64,000 bases of DNA from an uncultured Chloroflexia bacterium (lineage in GTDB: Bacteria; Chloroflexota; Anaerolineae; CG2-30-64-16), in contig CAVZDU010000002.1 in the NCBI GenBank assembly GCA_963774265.1, positions 96,001 through 160,000 of the forward strand, read 5' to 3'. The notes beneath the pieces are model-generated. The model ran no database searches. It had not been told where the DNA came from and was given only the letters and a program-made list of their open reading frames with translations. Both the position numbers and the translations under genes were made by a program. Below are positions 1 through 6,099 of the stretch, one piece after another (the first letter of the stretch is position 1; every line of letters starts with the position of its first letter).

Positions 1-621
1 AAGTGAGTACTTACATACTCGTCGTCATATGGTTCGTACTGACGGTTCCACGTCGCGACAATCCGTACTTTGAATACAAGAGCAACATGTCATGAACGGA
101 GGCACAGCGTCGCGGCTGCGTTCCCGTGTGCTGATGTGCGCTTCCAAACAATCTCATTTCGGAAGTTGACCGGGCCGAAAATGGTGTCGAGCACGATCTT
201 CAAATAGTGGCTGGCGGTCGGGTCACAGTGCAGGTAGAGGCTGCCGGTCGGCTTCAGCACCCGGTGCAGTTCCACCAGCCGCGCGGCCATCATCACGAGG
301 TACGCCATCATCTGGTTTTCCCCGATGAAGTCGCGCAGCGCGCGCAATCATCTTGCCTACATCGGTCGGGGCATCCGTAACCAGTTCGGCGTAGGTATCC
401 TCCGCTTGCTCCCCCCAATGCCAGGTATCGTCAAAGGCGACAAGCTGTGACTCTGACTGCTTCCCGCTTTCGTCCCTGAATAGCACGTTGTAAGAACGGT
501 TCGAGTTGAAAGGCGGGTCAAGATAGATCAGGTCAACGCTTTCGGTCGGGATGTGTTCGCGCAGGATCGGCAGGTTGTCACCGTAGAAAAGCGTGTTGCT
601 CGTGATCGGTTTTGGACTCAT
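1..621 (-). CDS. Site-specific DNA methyltransferase (N4/N6 family), 3' part runs off the window; frameshifted
   Basis: ATG at 621 gives MSPKPITSNTLFYGDNL...VDLIYLDPPFNS (DPPF catalytic motif). After a +1 shift near 348 it continues YLVMMAARLVELHRVLKPTGSLYLHCDPTASHYLK...FRNEIVWKR. Further indels near 60-115. Confidence 0.9.
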
Positions 622-693
622 GGCATACCCTACTATGCAACGGGTGAGGTTCACAAAGTATAGCACCTGGGCGAAAGACGTGCAACGAAGGGC

Positions 694-747
694 TTGACAG
701 TGGCCTCAAATGGCTGTATTGTACAAAACGTCAATACGTTCTGTACA
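694..747 (+). promoter_or_regulatory. Sigma70 promoter of the recombinase overlapped by a res-like palindrome
   Basis: TTGACA(694-699)-17 bp-TATTGT(717-722). Inverted repeat TGTACAAAACGT-CAAT-ACGTTCTGTACA at 720-747. Confidence 0.65.
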
Positions 748-768
748 CAGACCTAAGAGGGGGGCATC

Positions 769-1602
769 ATGGCGCGCCGCAAGGTCCCAAACGGGGTGAA
801 CGGACAGACAACAATACCGGAAGCATGTACCGGGGCTTATATCCGCGTCTTCACTGACAAGCAAGCCGACGAAGGCTTTTCCCTCGATGCCCAGCGCAAA
901 CGCGTTGCGGCCTATTGTGTGGCACAGGGTTGGACGCTATGTCCCGAACACGTCTATGTGGACGCTGGCTTATCCGGCAAGACCTCAGACCGTCCGCAGT
1001 TCCGGGCGATGCTGAGAGCGGCGCAAGAGGGACGAATACAACGTGTCGTGTCCGTCAAGCTGGATCGGCTCGCCCGCAACACGAAGGACTTTCTGGCGAC
1101 CGTTGACCTGCTGCAAGGGTTGGGTTGTGATCTCGTGCTTATCAAAGAGAGCTTTGACACGTCCACCCCACAGGGCAAGTTTGCACTCACCATGTTTGCG
1201 GCCCTGGCCGAGTTGGAAGTGCCCATGATTGCGGAGCGTACCATGTCGGGCCGGGTGCAGAAGGCGGCGCAGGGCGGGTACAATGGTGCACCTGTGCCTT
1301 TTGGGTATAACTACGACGGGAAGGCTTTTACGGCGAACGCCCATGCCGAGACGGTGCGGAGCATCTTCGCTGACTTCCTGGCAGGTAAGACCATGCGGCA
1401 GATTGCGGCAAGCCTTAACGCTAAGGGGACACCCACGGCAAGGGGGGGTAAGTGGTACGCGTCAACTGTGGCTTATGTCCTTCACAATGGCTTTTATGCT
1501 GGCTTCATTCAGTACAACGGCAGCGAAGTCATGGGAGAACACACCACACTTGTGAGCGTGGAAGATTACGAACGGGCAAACCAAGGCAGTTCGACACCAT
1601 GA
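769..1602 (+). CDS. Serine recombinase (resolvase + recombinase domain), catalytic Ser replaced by Phe
   Basis: Motifs YIRVFTDKQ (canonical YxRVSTxxQ), SGKTSDRPQF, KLDRLAR, DTSTPQGK, PFGY. No C-terminal zinc ribbon/coiled coil. Confidence 0.9.
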   Translation: MARRKVPNGVNGQTTIPEACTGAYIRVFTDKQADEGFSLDAQRKRVAAYCVAQGWTLCPEHVYVDAGLSGKTSDRPQFRAMLRAAQEGRIQRVVSVKLDRLARNTKDFLATVDLLQGLGCDLVLIKESFDTSTPQGKFALTMFAALAELEVPMIAERTMSGRVQKAAQGGYNGAPVPFGYNYDGKAFTANAHAETVRSIFADFLAGKTMRQIAASLNAKGTPTARGGKWYASTVAYVLHNGFYAGFIQYNGSEVMGEHTTLVSVEDYERANQGSSTP

Positions 1603-1701
1603 GTTGGACATGCAAGCATCAAAACCACCGAGCGTTATCTTGGCGTCACCCAGGACCTACAGGACGCACCTTGCGACCACTTGGGGTTGCGGCTGGAGTA
1701 A
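1603..1701 (+). pseudogene. C-terminal remnant of a tyrosine recombinase/integrase
   Basis: Translates VGHASIKTTERYLGVTQDLQDAPCDHLGLRLE*, the LGHxSIxTTxxY box II motif with the catalytic Tyr. Not in the ORF track. Confidence 0.8.
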
Positions 1702-1725
1702 CGAGGACACCCCGTAGGAGGAAAC

Positions 1726-2454
1726 GTGATTTATTCCAACGAACCGAATAATTAGCATGATTTGCAGGATAAGGTTTGTTCGATTCTCCAGGTCTGTGGT
1801 TTCCAGGCCGAGGTAGATAGAACTATCGACACCGTTCGAGGTCCCGTAGACATCGACGTTCACGCCATCGACGAGACATGAAACCCCGAGCAGGCATGCC
1901 TGTGTGAATGCAAGCACTGGAGCAGTGCTGTGCCCAAGACGGTCGTGCACGCCTTCCGAACCGTGGTGACGGATGACGGCGCCAACATCGGATTTATGAT
2001 TTCGCGCTCTGGCTTTCAAAAGGGGGCCTATGAGGCCGCGGAGAAGTCAAATGTCCACCTGGTCGATTGGTACGAATTCCAGGCGCTCTTTCTTGAGCGT
2101 TGGAAGGAGGGGCGCTACGCGGGGCTTCGCCCACTCTTTGAAGAGCACTTTGACTTCTACGACTTCCTCTCCAAACCCATCCTAAATGCCATTAGCGGGG
2201 ACGAAAGCGCAAGGGAGTATAACTTACTGAGGGAGCGGTGAGCTCCGCAGGCCGCTGGAAACCCTTGGATGCACATGGTCCATCCTCAGGACTTCCCGCC
2301 CACGCTGCCATGTTGCGCTACCGAAATCGACAATGACGGCAGCAGGAGAGATTTGGAGTTCGTCGACTATGCTTCGTACTTCGATTGGCAAGAAGTTCGT
2401 TTGCGGGCGGGCATCCGCGAGTTCGAGGAGTTTATTGAGCGAAGGTCAGTTTGA
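1726..2454 (+). pseudogene. Mrr-like/PD-(D/E)xK restriction endonuclease with three in-frame stops
   Basis: RBS AGGAGG then GTG 1726. A single frame reads MIYSNEPNN*HDLQDKVCSIL...VDIDVHA...T*NPE...LCECKHW...GFMISRSGFQKGAYEAA...ER*APQ. Stops: TAG 1753, TGA 1879, TGA 2239. Confidence 0.8.
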
Positions 2455-2479
2455 CAGCACCCGTGACTGGTGCTAATGT
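2451..2479 (+). promoter_or_regulatory. Sigma70 promoter (extended -10) with an inverted repeat in the spacer
   Basis: TTGACA(2451-2456)-17 bp-TAATGT(2474-2479) preceded by TGn. AGCACC...GGTGCT inverted repeat at 2456-2474. Confidence 0.6.
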
Positions 2480-2495
2480 GGGGCTAGAATTTGAC

Positions 2496-2616
2496 GCCCG
2501 ATGGATGCAGCGAACATCCACCGGGCTAGGCGCAAGTGTGGTAGCACGTTACACCCGGAGCGATTATAACGGACGCTCGTGCTAGGCCACAAACGGCAGC
2601 ACGGGCGTTTTTGTTT
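2496..2616 (+). ncRNA. Structured leader/attenuator-like RNA motif, copy 1
   Basis: Hairpin GCCCGATGGATG/CATCCACCGGGC, then AGGCGCAA, GTG-loop-CAC hairpin, GCGATTATA, and terminator GACGCTCGTGCT...AGCACGGGCGTT-TTTGTTT. Homologous to 4157-4273. Confidence 0.6.
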
Positions 2617-2699
2617 GACGAGAACGGTTAGGCAGGTGACAACGTGTGCGGCCTCCTACCGGTTATTCCTTAAAACCACTGTTTGGATAGTCACGAATA

Positions 2700-2746
2700 C
2701 TACAACTTGTAGTGGTTTGCGAGCGAACACCTACTACATGTCGTAC
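2700..2746. promoter_or_regulatory. Tandem NrdR-box-like palindromes, 31-bp period
   Basis: CTACAACTTGTAGTGG (2700-2715) and CTACTACATGTCGTAC (2731-2746) resemble the NrdR consensus acaCwAtATaTwGtgt. Confidence 0.5.
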
Positions 2747-2750
2747 CCAA

Positions 2751-2836
2751 GTCGTCCGGTGGCAGCCCCGGTCTTCAAAACCGGTGTGGGGCGGTAGGCC
2801 CGGCTCAGATGAGTTCGACTCTCATCCACTCCCGCC
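2751..2836 (+). tRNA. selC: tRNA-Sec (anticodon TCA) lacking its 5' acceptor strand
   Basis: D arm GTCGTC-CGGT-GGCAGC; anticodon arm CCGGT-CTTCAAA-ACCGG (TCA 2775-2777); long variable arm; T arm ATGAG-TTCGACT-CTCAT; acceptor 3' strand CCACTCCC-GCC. The expected 5' GGGAGTGG is replaced by TCGTACCC. Confidence 0.85.
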
Positions 2837-2914
2837 TACACGCCTATTTATGCCTGTAAGCGCCTGTATTTTATGGATAGACCGGTGTGGTCCTTGAACC
2901 TTCATCTTAGGGCC

Positions 2915-2948
2915 AGACGGGGGCCGCCACCGGATGACAACCACTCCC
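2915..2948 (-). tRNA. selC: 5' half of tRNA-Sec on the opposite strand (acceptor 5' strand + D arm + 5' anticodon stem)
   Basis: Minus strand reads GGGAGTGG-TT-GTCATC-CGGT-GGCGGC-CCCCGT-CT. GGGAGTGG is the exact complement of CCACTCCC at 2826-2833, and 21/24 nt match 2751-2774. Confidence 0.8.
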
Positions 2949-3243
2949 ACGAGTTGGTTGCCCTGAACCCGAACTTCCTTTGGCCTTCGAGACAACGATA
3001 ATTTTCTCAAGCGCTGCTTTTCCAGGTCATTCCACAATGTTGTACTGCTCAATATTGCACCATACAGGGCGCTGGTTGGCAAGGGTGCAAGATGTGCCGC
3101 AGCCTGCGTAATTATCCGCATCCTCATGCGTTGTGTATTGTGGCACTAGTGGCGATGGATAAATAGTGTTCCGTGCAAGACAAGACAATATAAACTACCA
3201 GAGAAGCCTGGAGGCTTCCGAGCAGGGAGGCAAAGAAGAACCA

Positions 3244-4065
3244 ATGATAGCGAGTGGATGGTTAAGTTGGCTGGCCGTCATGCTGGCGTTAGTCCTCAGC
3301 AGCGTTACAGCCGGGGGACCGGGAAAGGTATGGATGCCTTTGTTGGAGAGAGCCCCCGACCCTCCGAAGCTGGGGATCGCCGGTGCGACACCCGCACAAG
3401 TCAAGGCATTGGGCGGCAGTTGGTATCACAACTTTGGCTCGTCGCCTGAGAGCGCAGGGGGCGTCGAAGCGGTGCCGATGATATTTGGCAGGGATGTGCC
3501 ACAGAAGGTCGGCGGCAACTCGGCGTACCTGTTGGGGATGAACGAACCCGATAAGGGCGGGGGGGCAAACCTGACGCCAGAGGAGGGCGCACAAGTCTGG
3601 CGCAAGATCGAGCTTGCGTTCCCCGATAAGTTGCTGGTATCGCCACAGCCAAGCCATGAAGACCCGGAATGGTTAGTGCGCTTCCGGGAGGCGTACAGGG
3701 CCGCGTATGGGCGGTGGCCCAGGTTGGACGGCCTGGCGATGCACTGCTACATCCCGGAACCAGGGGGATGTATCGCCTTAGGGCAGAAGTATGTAGGATG
3801 GGCGCGAGCCTGGGGTGTGGGCCAAATCTGGGTGACCGAATTCTCTTATTTGCCGAAGTGGGCGCCAAATGCGGAGGCGCAGACGCGCGAGTTCGTCGCC
3901 TGGCTGGAGGCTGAACCGTTGGTGAAGCGGTACGCCCCGTGGACGTCCTACATTCGGGGCGGGGAGCCGTACTGGCCGCATACCGATCCGGGGACCAATC
4001 CGTCGCTGTTCACCGGACCGACAAGCACGGAGCTAACAGCAATGGGACGGTGGTACAAGCGGTAG
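3244..4065 (+). CDS. Secreted glycoside hydrolase, GH128/Glyco_hydro_cc-like (beta-1,3-glucanase-like)
   Basis: Signal peptide; motifs WYHNF, VPMIFG, LLGMNEPD (acid/base), AMHCY, IWVTEF (nucleophile), RYAPW. Confidence 0.8.
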   Translation: MIASGWLSWLAVMLALVLSSVTAGGPGKVWMPLLERAPDPPKLGIAGATPAQVKALGGSWYHNFGSSPESAGGVEAVPMIFGRDVPQKVGGNSAYLLGMNEPDKGGGANLTPEEGAQVWRKIELAFPDKLLVSPQPSHEDPEWLVRFREAYRAAYGRWPRLDGLAMHCYIPEPGGCIALGQKYVGWARAWGVGQIWVTEFSYLPKWAPNAEAQTREFVAWLEAEPLVKRYAPWTSYIRGGEPYWPHTDPGTNPSLFTGPTSTELTAMGRWYKR

Positions 4066-4104
4066 GACGCGCCAATCCTTGAAAGGCCAATTATGCGAAA
4101 TGAC

Positions 4105-4134
4105 TTGACAACGCGGCGCACCTCGTGATAGGGT
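4105..4134 (+). promoter_or_regulatory. Sigma70 promoter (extended -10)
   Basis: TTGACA(4105-4110)-18 bp-TAGGGT(4129-4134) with TGn upstream. Confidence 0.5.
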
Positions 4135-4156
4135 AGTGCCGAACTTCTAAAGAGAT

Positions 4157-4273
4157 GCCGGGGCAAGTGCGGAAACACTCACCCCGGCAGGCGCAACAGT
4201 GGTGTAAGCACTGAGAGCCAAGGGCGATTATACAAGGCGCTCGTGCTAGACCGCAAGGTTGCACGAGCGTTTC
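4157..4273 (+). ncRNA. Structured leader/attenuator-like RNA motif, copy 2
   Basis: Hairpin GCCGGGG..AGTG/CACT..CCCCGGC, then AGGCGCAA, CAGTG/CACTG hairpin, GCGATTATA, and GGCGCTCGTGCTAGACCGCAAGGTTGCACGAGCGTTT. Same order of elements as copy 1. Confidence 0.6.
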
Positions 4274-4316
4274 TCATCCCGCCTGTCCCCGTTGCGTGAA
4301 ACCCATAAGGATGCAA

Positions 4317-6095
4317 ATGAGCGCGATCACCGGCCCGCACATCATCAATGGCGCCGGCCCCTGGCTGGACAGGCTCAAACGGTTGCAGCCCAGTCTGGCC
4401 CTCTTCCTGGACCCCAACGTTGACGATGTACGCGCCTTTGGAAAGGCCTGCCCGAACACCGTCACCGTCGGCCGCATCTATGTACCGGATAGCGAAGTCG
4501 ACAGCCGAATCCGGGCCAACCCAGAGGAAGCCGCCCAATGGGCGCATAATCTTGTCATGGCCCACCCCGCGCGCAGCGTCATCGACTACTGGCAAGTCGC
4601 GAACGAGGTGCTTCAGTTCTCGGACGGCCTGCCACTCCTGAGCCGCTTTGAGCTGCGACGCATGCAACTCGCCGATGCCCCGGGCTACAAGTGCGGCATT
4701 CTGGCCTTCAGTGTGGGCCAACCCGATATGCCGGTTACTGATCGTATGGCACTCTGGCGCCAGGTCTACCCGGCGCTGGAGTACGCCGAGGCTCACAGCC
4801 ACATCCTGCTGCTCCACCAGTACGGGGCACCGGATCTGTGGGGGCCAGCCGCCAAGGGTGGGGCAGATTGGTTGATCGACCGCTACCAGAAGCAGGTTCT
4901 GCCCCGATTGCCGTTCTCACGCCTCAAGGCCGCTGTGGTCGAGACCGGCATCGACGGCCTACTGCTGGATGGCCTGGAGAGTAGTGCCCTTCAGGCTTTC
5001 GGTGAACCAGAAGAGTTCGGCGTTGGCGTCTGGACCCCACCCAAGGATCCCTACTTCAAAGTCGAGGAGGCTATGCCTGGAGAGCTGTCCCTGGCCGCCG
5101 GACCGGCCGGCTGGATGAAGTTCACCACGGCGACCGACTACGCCCAACAACTCATTAGCATCGGCCTTTACCACGAGCAGTGGGCCGACCGCATCATCGG
5201 CTACGCCGTGTTCACTCTCGGGCATAACTCGCCTTGGAGCACTTACGACATAGGCGAACAGGGCAACTCGAACGACGTTCTCGGCCTGTTGGCCGCCTAC
5301 TATGAACAGGCCGGCCCGGTGACTCCGGAGCCGCCCACTGGAGGAGCTGTGGAAACGAAAATCTTCGACAAGGACGGCACCGAACGCGACGCCAACTGGC
5401 TGAAAACGAACTACGGAACCGTTATCGTGCCGGCTGCAATGACCAGCGGTTTGAAGTTCATCCTGGCCAAAATCCAGGTCACCGAAGGCCCCGCCACGCT
5501 CATCGTGCGGGTGAATAACGCAGCCAATAACCAGCCGCTGGCCCAACAAGCTGTGGCCTTCTCCTGGCCGGACGCGCCCACCGATCTGACGACCGACGCG
5601 GCGTCCGTCTTCAAAACCCTTTTCAAGCCCCGCGCCAACGTCCAGTGGACTGACAGCAACGGCGTCACCGGCTTTGGTCTGGGGACCGGCAGCTATATCT
5701 ACGACGCCAACACGGGGGGTCCACACGCTGTCTGGTTGCTGCACAACCTATACCCGTCCGACGCACTAGATAAGCTCGGCATGTTGGCCGGCACAGAACA
5801 TCGCGGCCCACTGGACCTGACCTTCGTGCTGGCCAATGCCGAGATCGTTGTTCAACCGGCTGACCTGGAACAAACCATCCGCGACGCAACCTGGCAGAAG
5901 GTCGGTGTGCCCTTTAATCCGGACGCCGCGTTCCCTAAGTATGCCCGGGCGCACGGCCTGGGTTCACCCGTACCCGGCACCGGCGAGTTCGACATCCGCA
6001 TCAACGGTGTCGACTATCGCGTTCAGCCCTTCGTGGGCGGCATCGTCTATTGCGTGATCGGCGATTGGGGCAACGTCAAACACATGCAGTGGTAA
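4317..6095 (+). CDS. Multidomain protein with N-terminal GH-A-like TIM barrel and C-terminal cell-wall-associated-type domain
   Basis: RBS TAAGGA before ATG 4317. Motifs WQVANEV and VVETG resemble the two catalytic Glu of clan GH-A. Pro-rich linker; C-terminal NPDAAFPKYARAHGLG...GDWGNV domain. Confidence 0.6.
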   Translation: MSAITGPHIINGAGPWLDRLKRLQPSLALFLDPNVDDVRAFGKACPNTVTVGRIYVPDSEVDSRIRANPEEAAQWAHNLVMAHPARSVIDYWQVANEVLQFSDGLPLLSRFELRRMQLADAPGYKCGILAFSVGQPDMPVTDRMALWRQVYPALEYAEAHSHILLLHQYGAPDLWGPAAKGGADWLIDRYQKQVLPRLPFSRLKAAVVETGIDGLLLDGLESSALQAFGEPEEFGVGVWTPPKDPYFKVEEAMPGELSLAAGPAGWMKFTTATDYAQQLISIGLYHEQWADRIIGYAVFTLGHNSPWSTYDIGEQGNSNDVLGLLAAYYEQAGPVTPEPPTGGAVETKIFDKDGTERDANWLKTNYGTVIVPAAMTSGLKFILAKIQVTEGPATLIVRVNNAANNQPLAQQAVAFSWPDAPTDLTTDAASVFKTLFKPRANVQWTDSNGVTGFGLGTGSYIYDANTGGPHAVWLLHNLYPSDALDKLGMLAGTEHRGPLDLTFVLANAEIVVQPADLEQTIRDATWQKVGVPFNPDAAFPKYARAHGLGSPVPGTGEFDIRINGVDYRVQPFVGGIVYCVIGDWGNVKHMQW

Positions 6096-6099
6096 ACTC

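Larger units (their letters stand above)
1..2948. mobile_element. Right end of a decayed integrative/defence island abutting the tRNA-Sec locus
   Basis: Cluster of MTase, serine recombinase, tyrosine-recombinase remnant and restriction endonuclease pseudogene, ending at tRNA-Sec fragments. The left boundary is outside the window. Confidence 0.7.

Noticed and set aside
1726-2454. Selenoprotein or alternative genetic code explaining the in-frame stops
   Set aside because: One stop is TAG at a position where Trp is expected, no SECIS hairpin was recognised, and other genes in the window terminate normally at TGA and TAG.
2751-2836. Intact functional selC on the + strand, or a circularly permuted tRNA
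   Set aside because: The 5' acceptor strand is absent upstream, and the missing piece is on the opposite strand, which does not fit permutation.
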